Of a stretch of DNA of 64,000 bases, positions 9,886 through 20,283 are shown one piece after another. Where the stretch lies: positions 1,056,001-1,120,000 of the forward strand of contig CAVWHX010000004.1 of assembly GCA_963754925.1 (NCBI GenBank), written 5' to 3'. The translations under genes were made by a program, and so were the position numbers. Below the pieces are notes generated by a model that searched no databases, had not been told where the DNA came from, and worked only from the letters and a program-made list of their open reading frames with translations. The first letter of the stretch is position 1; every line of letters starts with the position of its first letter. This stretch comes from an uncultured delta proteobacterium (GTDB taxonomy: Bacteria > Myxococcota > B64-G9).

Positions 9886-9998
9886 GACGTACGATTCCTC
9901 CGCGGTGTTTAGGTTGGTGTATTGAATCAATGCTGTCAAGTCAAGCTAAACACAAGAAACGTGTCTCACCGATACCGGGCAGTCGACCTATTGGCTAA

Positions 9999-11003
9999 TC
10001 AAATTCCTACGTTGCGCAGGAATTCAGCGCTTTTTTCCGGCAGAGCAGTGTTGATGTACATTCCCGAACCAAGCTCGAATCCAGCCGCCATGGTCACCCG
10101 TGGGATGATGCTCATATAACAGTGGAAGAAAGCATTGGTGTGAGGTGCACCGGGCAAGCTACGGATAACATAATTATAATCAGGATCGCTTAACCCTATG
10201 TTGATTTTCAGCAATATTGTCTGTATCAGACCGGCTAGATCGCGTATCTCGTCAGGAGAAAGCTCCGGGAATGTCGAGACGTGGCGCTTGGGCAGCGCCC
10301 AGATATGAAAAGGCGAAAGAGCGGCGTACAGCACGAAGGCCGTGAAATGCTCGCTCTCGTAGACAATACGATCCCCCGATCGACGCTCGTCTTCGAGCAT
10401 GCGACAAAAGACGCATTCGCGGTGGTCATCGTAGTAGTGCATGGCCTGGGCGATGCGATCGCGAATATGGGCCGGGACTATTGGACTCGCGATCATTTGC
10501 GAATGCGGGTGTTCGAGGGAGGTGCCGGCCCCAGCACCGTGGTTTTTAAAGAGGGTAACGAGCTCGACGCGATCATCTTCCACAGCCGCCAGGTATCGAG
10601 TGCGGTAGGCTCGCAAGACTCGTACCATTTGTTCGCGCTCAAAATACGCGGTGGTTAGGTTATGCTCGCGCGCGTCGATAATGACATCGTGAATACCCAC
10701 GCCATTCATCCAGCGTCGCGAATGTTCCTCATGGTAATCGAGCGTGCCCTGGCGCGCGAGCGCCGGGTATTTGTTGGCGACCACGCGCACCAACCACCGA
10801 CCGTCGCTGTCGTTGACGGTTGTAATTTCTTCTGGTGAGAGTTTCTCGTTGCCGGGACAAAACGGACAGTGTGGCGAAAAGACATTGCGAGAGCTTTCGC
10901 TCTTGTCTCGGCGCGCTGGCGCAAAATCCTCCGGCCGGCGCGCGCGCTCCGTGGCAATGATAACCCACTCTTTAGTGGCAATATTTTGGCGTAGCTCCGA
11001 CAT
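9999..11003 (-). CDS. galT: Galactose-1-phosphate uridylyltransferase
   Basis: WVIIATERARRP, CPFCPGNE, NKYPAL and the catalytic GTSLEHPHSQ motif. Confidence 0.93.
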   Translation of the reverse strand: MSELRQNIATKEWVIIATERARRPEDFAPARRDKSESSRNVFSPHCPFCPGNEKLSPEEITTVNDSDGRWLVRVVANKYPALARQGTLDYHEEHSRRWMNGVGIHDVIIDAREHNLTTAYFEREQMVRVLRAYRTRYLAAVEDDRVELVTLFKNHGAGAGTSLEHPHSQMIASPIVPAHIRDRIAQAMHYYDDHRECVFCRMLEDERRSGDRIVYESEHFTAFVLYAALSPFHIWALPKRHVSTFPELSPDEIRDLAGLIQTILLKINIGLSDPDYNYVIRSLPGAPHTNAFFHCYMSIIPRVTMAAGFELGSGMYINTALPEKSAEFLRNVGI

Positions 11004-11045
11004 GTATTCTCAGGAGAAACCGGGAGGAGGCATCCGGCTGATGCC

Positions 11046-11651
11046 TCAATAGCCCTCGAAGAGATCTTGGAGTTTCGTTCCCAGGGCGGAGGCGATTTTA
11101 CAAAGGGATGAAACCGACGCGGCGGACTCGGCACGCTCGATCTGCGAGAGAAGACTTACCGACAGTCCCGTGCGCTTGCCGAGCTGCTTAAGGGTCAAGC
11201 CTTTCCCCTTGCGTTCGGCGCGCACCCGAGCGCCAACCGACATGAGGAGGGCGTCTTCGGGATCGCGCATCAAGCCTTTAGTGCTAATGATCCGCTCAAC
11301 CGCCGCGCGCATCCGCGTGAACTCAACCGGCTTCTCGAGCCAATCCATTACCCCTGCTCGAAGGGCCACGACGGCGGCATCTTTTGATGGTTGCTTCGTT
11401 AAGACCAGTGCAGCGAGATCACGATCCTTCTCTCGTAGTTTGGAGAGGAGGTCGAACCCGCTGGTCTCGGTCAATTCTGGCTCGAAAATCAAAATGTGGT
11501 GCGGCCGCTTCTCATTGAGCTCGAGAGCCAGCTGCGGACTCGCTGCGGTGTCGACCCGATAGCCTATCTGGCCGAGCGCTTGCTGAACCTGCCTCCCTAC
11601 TTCGGGTTCATCATCAACAACCAGGACCTCTATCATGCGATTCTTTATCAT
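11046..11651 (-). CDS. Receiver domain + XRE/HTH_3 transcriptional regulator (atypical receiver)
   Basis: VLVVDDE...EKP receiver followed by LTLKQLGKRTGLSVSLLSQIER HTH. Confidence 0.88.
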   Translation of the reverse strand: MIKNRMIEVLVVDDEPEVGRQVQQALGQIGYRVDTAASPQLALELNEKRPHHILIFEPELTETSGFDLLSKLREKDRDLAALVLTKQPSKDAAVVALRAGVMDWLEKPVEFTRMRAAVERIISTKGLMRDPEDALLMSVGARVRAERKGKGLTLKQLGKRTGLSVSLLSQIERAESAASVSSLCKIASALGTKLQDLFEGY

Positions 11652-11844
11652 CTCGCCCCCCTTGTCGCGGCGGAGATTAAATGTTAACTCCTCATACGTT
11701 AAACCCCACCGTATACCGATAGAAAATTGGTTGTCAAGTTAGCAACTCGCGAAACTCGAAAAATACACTACCGGAGAGGATTGATTGAGAAAAATGGAAC
11801 GTCCCACGAACGATCCCGAAACCCCAAGGTCGGTGTCTTCAGAT

Positions 11845-13767
11845 TCAATTGATATCTTCCTCGGCGCGCGCTTGGTTGATCAACTGCTCCCATTCAACCA
11901 GCGTCAATTCGTGCTGGTGCTCGAGGGCTATCTTGTCAGATTGCAACTTTTCTAAAAACTCCCAATCAAAAGCCCTGCCCGGATCACCCATCGTGGCCAT
12001 CAGGCTGCTGATCGTTTGCTCCTGCTGAAGGATGAGTTGCTCTAACTCTGCAATGCGTTTCTGACGGGCATCCTGCGCGCGTTGGGATTTGCGACGCTGC
12101 TTATAATTCTCGCGGCGGCGTTGCTTGTCGTCGGTATTGCCGGTGTCGTCGGGCTCATGGTCATTAAGAATTTTCCCATCGCGCCTGAGATCGCTGTAGC
12201 GGCCGCGCGCGTCGATCAGCGTACGACCCTCAAACGATAAGATCCGTTGTGCGACGTGGTCGAGAAAATAACGGTCGTGACTCACCACCACCAGCGTGCC
12301 CGGAAAAGCGGCCAGCGCATCCTCGAGCACCTCGCGGGAGGGGATATCCAGGTGGTTGGTCGGCTCATCGAGGAGTAGAACATTGTGCCGACCGAGCATC
12401 AGCAAACACAGCGCCAGACGAGCCTGCTCGCCGCCCGAGAACGTTTCCACCGGCCGGAAAACCTCATCCCCTTGAAACAGGAACTGCGCGGCGATGTCGC
12501 GCAGAATCTGCTCTGAAAGCTCCGGGCGGAGCGCGCCCAGCTCTTGCACAATGGTGCGCCCGGTGGTGAGACCGGACAGTTCTTGATCGTAGTATCCGAT
12601 CAACGTGCGATAGCCTCGCTGCACCGTGCCGCGTGCGGGCTCATCCGTACCTGCAAGGATCTTGAGCAACGTGGTTTTGCCGCAGCCGTTCGGGCCAATA
12701 ATGCCAACGCGTTCATTGCGCTCGATGGTGAATTCCTCCTGATCGAGCAACACCAGACTGCCGGGACTAAGCCGCAGGTTGTTAACCTGGAAGACCAATT
12801 TCCCGCTGTGCTCAACCTTGAGAAACCGTAACGCCAGCGCGTCCTCTTCTGGCGGCGGAGCGTCAACACGTTCCATCTTTTCGAGCCGTTCCAAGGCCTT
12901 TTTACGGCTTTGCGCTTGGGTGGCGCGCTGACCAGCATGGCTGCGCCGGATATACTCCTCAGTGCGCACAATGAGTTTCTGTTGAGCCAGGTACTCCTTG
13001 CGCTGCCGCGCCAGGCGTTCGTTGTGGACGGAACGGTAGTGTTCGTAACCACCCGAATAGACCGCCAGCGTGTGGTCCGCCTCGATCGCGGCGACTGCAG
13101 TTGCGAAACGGTCGATAAAAGCGCGGTCGTGGCTGACCACCATCGCGCCGCCCTGAAATGAAGCCAGGTATTCCTCGAGGAATTCTGTACCGCGCAGATC
13201 GAGATGGTTGGTGGGTTCATCCAGGATGAGAAGATCGGGATTCGTTACGACAATGCGCGCGAGCATCAAGCGACTTCGCTCCCCGCCCGACAAGATGGTG
13301 GTGGATTGTTGGAAACGAGCTGCATCAATCCCGACACGTTGCAGGGCGCGAGCAGCGCGGCGCTCGAGATCATCACCGCCTTCGTGCTCATACCGAAGCT
13401 GAAGCTCGCCAAGCTCTTTGACCACGCGCGGATCCCCAAGGTTGGCGTTGTCCTGTAATTCAGCGAGGTGCTTTCGTAGCGACAGCAATCCCGTTTGACC
13501 GGCCATGGCTGCGTCGAGGACCGTAGCATCGGGAAATAGATCGGGAACCTGCTTGAGGTAACCGATACGGATCCCACGCTCGACGGTGACGACCCCTGCG
13601 TCGGGATGCCGCATGCCTACGATCAAATCGAGGAGCGATGTCTTGCCGACGCCGTTGCGCCCGACGAGGGCGATACGATCGCCTGGATGAATCTGGAGCG
13701 AGATGTCGTTGAGGATTATTTCCTGTGCGTACGAGAGCCGTACCTTATCAACGGTGACCAGCGCCAT
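11845..13767 (-). CDS. ABC-F family ATP-binding protein
   Basis: Two ABC cassettes (GRNGVGKT/LSGGE/DEPTNHLD and GPNGCGKT/FSGGE/DEPTNHLD), no TM, C-terminal coiled coil. Confidence 0.95.
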   Translation of the reverse strand: MALVTVDKVRLSYAQEIILNDISLQIHPGDRIALVGRNGVGKTSLLDLIVGMRHPDAGVVTVERGIRIGYLKQVPDLFPDATVLDAAMAGQTGLLSLRKHLAELQDNANLGDPRVVKELGELQLRYEHEGGDDLERRAARALQRVGIDAARFQQSTTILSGGERSRLMLARIVVTNPDLLILDEPTNHLDLRGTEFLEEYLASFQGGAMVVSHDRAFIDRFATAVAAIEADHTLAVYSGGYEHYRSVHNERLARQRKEYLAQQKLIVRTEEYIRRSHAGQRATQAQSRKKALERLEKMERVDAPPPEEDALALRFLKVEHSGKLVFQVNNLRLSPGSLVLLDQEEFTIERNERVGIIGPNGCGKTTLLKILAGTDEPARGTVQRGYRTLIGYYDQELSGLTTGRTIVQELGALRPELSEQILRDIAAQFLFQGDEVFRPVETFSGGEQARLALCLLMLGRHNVLLLDEPTNHLDIPSREVLEDALAAFPGTLVVVSHDRYFLDHVAQRILSFEGRTLIDARGRYSDLRRDGKILNDHEPDDTGNTDDKQRRRENYKQRRKSQRAQDARQKRIAELEQLILQQEQTISSLMATMGDPGRAFDWEFLEKLQSDKIALEHQHELTLVEWEQLINQARAEEDIN

Positions 13768-13817
13768 TGGTGATCGTCTTCTCCCGACAATAGCGGCCGA
13801 ATGCGAAAGGGTACTGG

Positions 13818-14390
13818 CTACTCGACCGGAGAAGACTTACCAGCAGCTGGCGCGGGTTTATCGGTCGACCGGTCATCTGATTTTTCATATGGTTTGGCCG
13901 CAGGCGTATCCGGTTGGGTTGACGGAGAGGTCGAACCCGTCGCCTCCGTTCCTGGTTGGGGTTCGACGGTTTCTGTCGAGACCCGGCTCTTCAAATTTTC
14001 ATTGCTTGCCCGCAGGGCAAACTTCAGGCCAAAATATATCACCAGGCCTATTATGATTGCGCCGATGAGAAAATACACCACCCGCTTGATTTTTGAACTC
14101 GTTGAAACACCGGCTGCGGCCACAAAGAACTGGGTTTGCCCCGGGGCTGTGGGATCAGGTTCGGTGTTCACCGGTGGTTGCTGCGGCCTCTGCTGGAACG
14201 CCTGCTTGCCGGTGACGGGCTCCGGCCGAACGTCGCGCGCCACTGGTTGTCGTGGGCGCGCCATCGGCTGAGCCACGCGCTGCGCCGGCGGTTGCTGGCT
14301 TGGGGCCATCGTCGGCATGGGTTTACCACAATGGGCGCAAAACTTAGCCGAGTCGGGATTCGCGGTGCTGCAAGAAGGACAGGAAGCCAT
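13818..14390 (-). CDS. Zinc-ribbon single-pass membrane protein
   Basis: CPSC..N..SAKFCAHCG ribbon, Pro/Gln linker and one TM helix. Confidence 0.75.
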   Translation of the reverse strand: MASCPSCSTANPDSAKFCAHCGKPMPTMAPSQQPPAQRVAQPMARPRQPVARDVRPEPVTGKQAFQQRPQQPPVNTEPDPTAPGQTQFFVAAAGVSTSSKIKRVVYFLIGAIIIGLVIYFGLKFALRASNENLKSRVSTETVEPQPGTEATGSTSPSTQPDTPAAKPYEKSDDRSTDKPAPAAGKSSPVE

Positions 14391-14638
14391 TTCTTTTTCC
14401 TCCACGCCTACAACGGGCAGAATGGATTATCACAACATGTTGTTGCAACGTTCGAGGGCCCCACGTTCAAGACTGAAATATCTTATCACACAAAAAAAGA
14501 ATTCAAAGAAATTGTCCGTAGATCTGGCCATCACGTGAGTTGTTGAATATACTAATACGAGCGTACAATTTCTTTGTAGGTTGGGGTTTTTGACTTTATC
14601 GCGAACGGATGTTACTCGGGGTTAGAGGTATTGTTAAT

Positions 14639-16165
14639 ATGCGTCGGCCAAGGCCTTATCGACAGCATCCTTCTCGATCTGATACAGCACGCCGGAGGGG
14701 AAAGGGATGGATCTGGCTTTTGCTCATGCTCACGGCCGTCAATATTTATCTATTTTTTATTCGCGGCATACCGCATGCAGCAGAGGGCACGGAATCGCCG
14801 GTGCCGATCGCGCTAACGAGCTCGAACCAGAATCGCACGGCGGTTGCTTCCCCCGAGCAGCTGCACCTCCGCCGCGCCAAGCCGACATACCTAAATACCT
14901 TTGGCGAAATGCGGGGCGTTGCCGGCGTTCGCACCGCTTCTGCCGAAGAATTGCGCAGCTGCCCGCGGGCTTCCCATCTTCGGTTTGATTTAGAAGAAGC
15001 TCGAGGAGTAGCCGGCCAGCGCAGTCTTGCCCAGTGGTGTGACCGTTATTCCGATACCGTTGGACGCAAAGAAACCTTGGGTGCAGCGCTGTTCCGTCTG
15101 AATCTTGATAACAACCAAGTCGACCAGGTTATTCAATCGCTGCGGGGTAAGCTGGATTTCCGCCGTGTCAAGGAAGGACAGCGGGTCGAGCTCCTCCGTT
15201 CGCCCACCGGACGGGTAGAGCGCTTCGCCTTTCAGGTTTCACCGCTCCTATCCTATGTAGTCGAGCGGCGCGACGGTGAACTCGTCGCCCGCACGATAGA
15301 AGAACAAGCCGAAGTTGAACTCAGCCCCATTGCCGTACGGCTCGACGGCTCGCTGTACAACTCTATGGAACGAGCCGGTGAATCGCCGGCACTGGTCATG
15401 ATGCTGGTCGATATTTTTGTCTGGGACATCGACTTCTATCTCGATACCCGCCGGGGCGACACGGTTCGTTTGGTGGTTGAGAAGCGCAAGCTCAATGGTC
15501 GCATGGTAAGCTATGGTCGGATTTTAGCTGCCGAATACCGGGGCGATGTCGGACTGCATCGTGCCTTTTGGTATACCGTAAGTGACAAGACCGAAGGTTA
15601 TTTTAATGAAAAAGGGGGCTCGTTGCGTAAAGCCTTCTTGAAGTCACCGCTCAAGTATACCCGGGTAACGTCGGGCTTCGGGATGCGGGTCCATCCGATC
15701 CTGGGCTATTCAGGTATGCATGCCGGGATCGACTTTGGCGCACCGCAGGGGACGCCGGTGCAAGCGCCGTCCGATGGCATCGTGCGCCAGGCCGGTCCGA
15801 ATGGCGGGGCTGGCAACATGGTGACCCTCCGCCACGCAAACGGCTACGAAACCATCTACATGCACCTCAGCGCAATCGCCCGCGGGGTGCGGGTGGGCGC
15901 GCGCGTCCGCCAACAACAGTTGATTGGTGCGGTTGGTTCAACCGGCCTGTCGACCGGGCCCCATCTACACTATGGCATGCGCCTCAATGGGCGCTATGTC
16001 AATCCCATGGGTCAACATTTCCCGCCCGCCGAGCCAATACCGCCAAAGCTGCTGCCCGTGTACCAAAAAGCCATCGAACCGCTTATCAAGCAACTTGATG
16101 ACATCCGCATCCCGCCGAGCGACCAAACCGCGGCGGTCAACGTCCCCTTGAAAGACGCTGGCTGA
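14639..16165 (+). CDS. M23 family peptidoglycan DD-endopeptidase (MepM-like)
   Basis: N-terminal TM, WDIDF..GD domain, and zinc motifs HAGIDFG, YMHL and GPHLHY. Confidence 0.93.
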   Translation: MRRPRPYRQHPSRSDTARRRGKGWIWLLLMLTAVNIYLFFIRGIPHAAEGTESPVPIALTSSNQNRTAVASPEQLHLRRAKPTYLNTFGEMRGVAGVRTASAEELRSCPRASHLRFDLEEARGVAGQRSLAQWCDRYSDTVGRKETLGAALFRLNLDNNQVDQVIQSLRGKLDFRRVKEGQRVELLRSPTGRVERFAFQVSPLLSYVVERRDGELVARTIEEQAEVELSPIAVRLDGSLYNSMERAGESPALVMMLVDIFVWDIDFYLDTRRGDTVRLVVEKRKLNGRMVSYGRILAAEYRGDVGLHRAFWYTVSDKTEGYFNEKGGSLRKAFLKSPLKYTRVTSGFGMRVHPILGYSGMHAGIDFGAPQGTPVQAPSDGIVRQAGPNGGAGNMVTLRHANGYETIYMHLSAIARGVRVGARVRQQQLIGAVGSTGLSTGPHLHYGMRLNGRYVNPMGQHFPPAEPIPPKLLPVYQKAIEPLIKQLDDIRIPPSDQTAAVNVPLKDAG

Positions 16166-16243
16166 CCTGCCGCAGCCCGATTCCATTGAGAAATTGGGCA
16201 AATGTCTTGCTCGTAAGGCGGCAATGAAGTATGGTAACGGTTA

Positions 16244-17885
16244 ATGCTGGCCGATTACCTCACTGACTTTGCCGTGATGGGCAGGCTTGAACTTCTCTCG
16301 TTGCCGATGCTCATGACCCACCTCCTTGACCGAAAACTCACGGGTGTATTGCACCTTGACGCCGACCACACCGCAACCTGGGTTTTCTTTTCGCAGGGTT
16401 TTCCAGCGAGCACCGCGCTGTCAGATTTGCCGGACTACTTGGGTTCAATCCTTAAGGAACTTGGGCTCATCGATGAGCTGACTTACAACGATTCCTTAAG
16501 GGAGATCGCAGACGGCAAACACTCACTGGGCCATGTGTTGGTGGATAAAAGAAAGATAACGGCCGAACAACTCGATCGGGTCACCGCGATACAAGTGGCC
16601 CGCGCGCTTACCCGTTTGTTTGCATTCAAGACCGGTGGCTTCAGTTTTATCGAGGATGAAGAGCCGCCGCCACTCGTTACCCCCGTTCGTATTAACCCCT
16701 ATGCCTTGATGCATAGGGGAATTAGTAATAACTACAACGACGACGATCTCAAGCGAGGTCTCGCAAAACTGAGCGGTAAGTCGTGTCGTCTTTCACGGTT
16801 ATTCATTGAACGCAAAGAGTTTTTCGATTTTTCGCCCGAGGAACTACAGGATCTTGAGTTGCTGCGGGAGTTCCGCCTGCCGCAGGACTATGTGCAGAAC
16901 GCTCAATCCGGCTCAACCGTAGGTATGGTGCTCTTGCTGACACTGCTCTCGTGCGGAATGATTGAGCTCGAGGAAGTCGCTTTTGCCCAACCGTTTGCCA
17001 CTGTTGTTGGTCCGACCGCCACGTCGAGCCTGCCGGATCTCGGTGCAGCAATACCGGTACCGCCACTCCCCGTGAGGCCCGCACCACTGGCCCAGCCCGC
17101 GGCATCGGCGCGTAAAGCTCCTTTGCGGGGGGCGCCGATCGGCGGTTCGGCCAATGAGGTCGTTTCAGGTCTGCGCAGAAAGGTCAACGAGAAATACGAA
17201 CAAATTAAAGATAGCTGATCTATGGAGTATCCTCGAGATCGAGAGGAATGCTGACGGTGAGAAGATCAAGAAATCCTATATGACGTTAGCCAAAGTGTAT
17301 CACCCCGATCGGGTGATGGAAGCCAACGACGAAGAGTTGACCCACCGCATGAAGGTGATCTTCGAGAGGATCAGCGAAGCCTTTCAGATCCTCTCTAACC
17401 CCGAAAAGCGCGCCGCTTTGGCGAAAGAAATCGTAACCGGATCGGTTAAGAAGCCAAACGCCCGGCCCGAGGAAGCCAACCTTCAGTTCCAGAAGGCCAT
17501 GGTCTACTTGAAAAAGCGCGACGTTGCCAACGCGGCCGATTGCATCCGCTGGGCGATGGAGCTTGATCCAAACAACGGTGAGTATCAAGCGTACCGCTAC
17601 TGGATCGACTACCTCAAGGGTTCAGAACCCGAAGCCGAACGGATAGGAAAAGTGAAGGCCAACTTACTCGATGTCGCCAAACACTTTCCCCGTTGCTTTG
17701 CAGCGGTGCGGTTTCTGTCTCTAATCTTTAATAAGCTCAAGGATCAGGTCAGCTACGAACAATATTTGATAAAGGCACAGAGCATTAACCCCAAGGACAT
17801 TGAGGTCAACCGAGAGATCCGGCTGCTCACCATGCGTAAAGAACATTTAAAGGGGAAAGGGTCATCGGGAACAACTAAAAAATGA
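16244..17885 (+). CDS. DUF4388-like domain + DnaJ domain + TPR protein (frameshift near 17210)
   Basis: ORF 16244-17218 (LTGVLHL, YLGSIL..LGLI, LGHVLV) joins ORF 17154-17885 (DLWSILEI...LAKVYHPDR J-domain, then TPRs) at CAAATTAAAGATAGCTGATCT. Confidence 0.75.
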
Positions 17886-17904
17886 ACTCGTGGTCACCTC
17901 AACG

Positions 17905-18123
17905 CTAAGTCTTTGAGATTTCAGTCTTGTGTTCGGTATCGGCCCTCGGACGAACCTTGCCAGCGGCAATTTCACGCAGGGCGACGATCGGGGGCTTGTT
18001 TTTAGCGTGCACCAGCGGGCGGGAACCATCCAACAACTGCCGGGTGCGTCGGGTAGCGCACAGCACCAAGGTAAAACGGTTGGGTATATTCTTTAAGCAA
18101 TCTTCTACGGTCACGCGGGCCAT
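17905..18123 (-). CDS. rpoZ: RNA polymerase omega subunit
   Basis: [21 protein letters not shown]...[24 protein letters not shown]. Confidence 0.97.
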   Translation of the reverse strand: MARVTVEDCLKNIPNRFTLVLCATRRTRQLLDGSRPLVHAKNKPPIVALREIAAGKVRPRADTEHKTEISKT

Positions 18124-18199
18124 CAATAACCTCCTTGCAAAGATCAGCATCGGCCAAATCAAAGGATAATATCCAGCTTACAGGCATAAATCAAGATAT

Positions 18200-20200
18200 T
18201 TAATGGGAAAAGTATAGCTGGTACCCAATTCCAATCTCAAAGCCGCCGATCGTGCTCGTGATATGCCCTGGTCCGAGGGTGTGAGAAAGGGAGGAATACA
18301 AATAGCGGGCTTGAAAGAAAAGCGCCCCGATCCCAAGTTTGAGCTCTGCGCCGAGGCCCGCCACACCACCTGCTGCGACGTGGTAATCTGGCTTAAGCGG
18401 TAGAGAACCTTGGGTCACCGAGTCCTTGACAACCTCGACCCCGCCCCCAATAAGCACTACCGGTTTAATTGGTTCGGCGTGGGGGAATGGTTTGAAGAGG
18501 AGCACTACGAACAGAGGTATGAGATCGAGCTGCGTTTTAAATTCCGTGCCGGTCTCAGTGGTCAGGTGGTCGGTCCACCCGCCGCGGTAACCGGCTTCAA
18601 GGCCGAGGTAAAAGCGACTGTCGGCAAACGGCAGCCGCAGAGCGGCATCGAACGAGAACGCTGGCTGCACCTGTTTAAAGTTGGTAGTCAATCCCAGCCA
18701 CGGTCCAATTTGGAGAAAGGGCGTTGGCCCGCCCACGCCCTTGAGTGACAGCGTGACGGCAGTGGAGGCGGCGTCTGCTTCTGTCCCCGTTGTTATATAA
18801 ACACTGACGCTTCTGTCCTGGGTGCCCTGTGGAGCTTGATAGCGCAACACATAGCGTCCCTGACCTTGCTCATGGGCGCTGCCGAGCGTGCCAATCGGGA
18901 CCGCGCCGGAAATAGGCACGCCCTCGAGCGCGTCGCCGTCGCTATCGAACACCATAACTTCGATATCGGTTTCACTTTTGCCGTTCATGCTTAGGGTTGA
19001 GTCGATGGCGCGGGCACGGAGGTTTGCCGGCTTGGGTGACGATAGCTGGAGAGCTCCTTCGGCTCGGAGCTCCGGACGTTTTCCCCGCGGAAGGGTTGCG
19101 ACACACGTGACTTCACCGCGTGCGCCATAGGGTGGCGTGAAAGAAGCTTCATAGGTGCCCGGGGCAGGTTCTGCTATCGGTGTGGTCACCCCCAGCGAGC
19201 AGGTAAGGTACGGCTGACGACCAGCCACCGGCCCACCTATCGTATCGATCACGTGTATGGTTATGCGAGCGACGCCTTGACGAGAGCTCGTCAGGTGCGA
19301 CGGATCCACCGCGATGGTGAGGCGATCGGCATGGCCCGCCGACAGTCGGATCTGAAAATTGCGGACATTCAAGGGATTGTTTGGGTCTGAGATAGTCAGT
19401 TGGGCGGCTGCGCTCTTCAGGCCGGCCGGCGCGGTATAGCGCAGACGAAACAACCCTGCCCCAAGGCGTTGAATGTCCGAGACGGAACCGGTGGTTTTTT
19501 TTACCGCCAGCGACACTTGGGAAGCCAGCCCGCCATCTGGAGAAACCGCAATCAGATAGACGTTGGAAAAATCCTCACCATCGGCAGCCAGTTCAGAGCG
19601 CTCGACAAAACCCACCAACCCAGGGCTTGGCGGAATGTCAAGGTTAACCCAGCGAGTGGTATGGTTGCCGAACTCATCGACCGCCTCGGCTTGGCCCGTG
19701 GTTTCACCCGGTCCGATTTCGACGGGTATCTTAACCTGACCGCTCCCGTCGGTCATGACCGGGCCGTATCGGCGCCCCGCTAACGTCAACGTTACATTGA
19801 CACGGGTTTTGTCAGTGTTTACGGCGAGTTCGGCCCGCGCCCGTAACGGAATGACCGCAAACCCGGGAACGACGCCAGGCACCATGGCCGCCACCAGTAC
19901 CGCCTGCGGATGTCGCTGAGCGGGCATGCGGTAGATCGCTCGATACTGACCGGCGCCCAGATCCTCGACCTTCGACAGAGATCCGGCCGAGCAGTCGGTT
20001 TCGACCCGCATCCCGCCTATTCCTTGTCCGCGTTTATTCATGACCTTGATTTGAATGGGTAATTCCTTGTTTGGTTGGATGACGAGGTCCGACCGAGGCG
20101 CCTCGACCTTCACCGTAAGATCGGCAGTATCCTGGGCCGCGACAACCGCTATCCAACCGAAAAACAGAACTGCTGCTGAAAAAATCACCCGCGTCATCAA
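18200..20200 (-). CDS. Secreted Ig-like (invasin/Big_1-type) repeat protein with probable C-terminal outer-membrane beta-barrel
   Basis: Signal peptide and about 4 repeats of G.Y...Y.(A)P. The C-terminal ~170 aa has alternating beta-strands ending IGYQLYF. Confidence 0.6.
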   Translation of the reverse strand: MMTRVIFSAAVLFFGWIAVVAAQDTADLTVKVEAPRSDLVIQPNKELPIQIKVMNKRGQGIGGMRVETDCSAGSLSKVEDLGAGQYRAIYRMPAQRHPQAVLVAAMVPGVVPGFAVIPLRARAELAVNTDKTRVNVTLTLAGRRYGPVMTDGSGQVKIPVEIGPGETTGQAEAVDEFGNHTTRWVNLDIPPSPGLVGFVERSELAADGEDFSNVYLIAVSPDGGLASQVSLAVKKTTGSVSDIQRLGAGLFRLRYTAPAGLKSAAAQLTISDPNNPLNVRNFQIRLSAGHADRLTIAVDPSHLTSSRQGVARITIHVIDTIGGPVAGRQPYLTCSLGVTTPIAEPAPGTYEASFTPPYGARGEVTCVATLPRGKRPELRAEGALQLSSPKPANLRARAIDSTLSMNGKSETDIEVMVFDSDGDALEGVPISGAVPIGTLGSAHEQGQGRYVLRYQAPQGTQDRSVSVYITTGTEADAASTAVTLSLKGVGGPTPFLQIGPWLGLTTNFKQVQPAFSFDAALRLPFADSRFYLGLEAGYRGGWTDHLTTETGTEFKTQLDLIPLFVVLLFKPFPHAEPIKPVVLIGGGVEVVKDSVTQGSLPLKPDYHVAAGGVAGLGAELKLGIGALFFQARYLYSSLSHTLGPGHITSTIGGFEIGIGYQLYFSH

Positions 20201-20283
20201 TCCCCCGGCGTTATCTGGTGTTCATGCTTCAAGAATAGGCGCAGATTCCTAAACGGTCAAGAATAGGGACTACGCAACACCCC

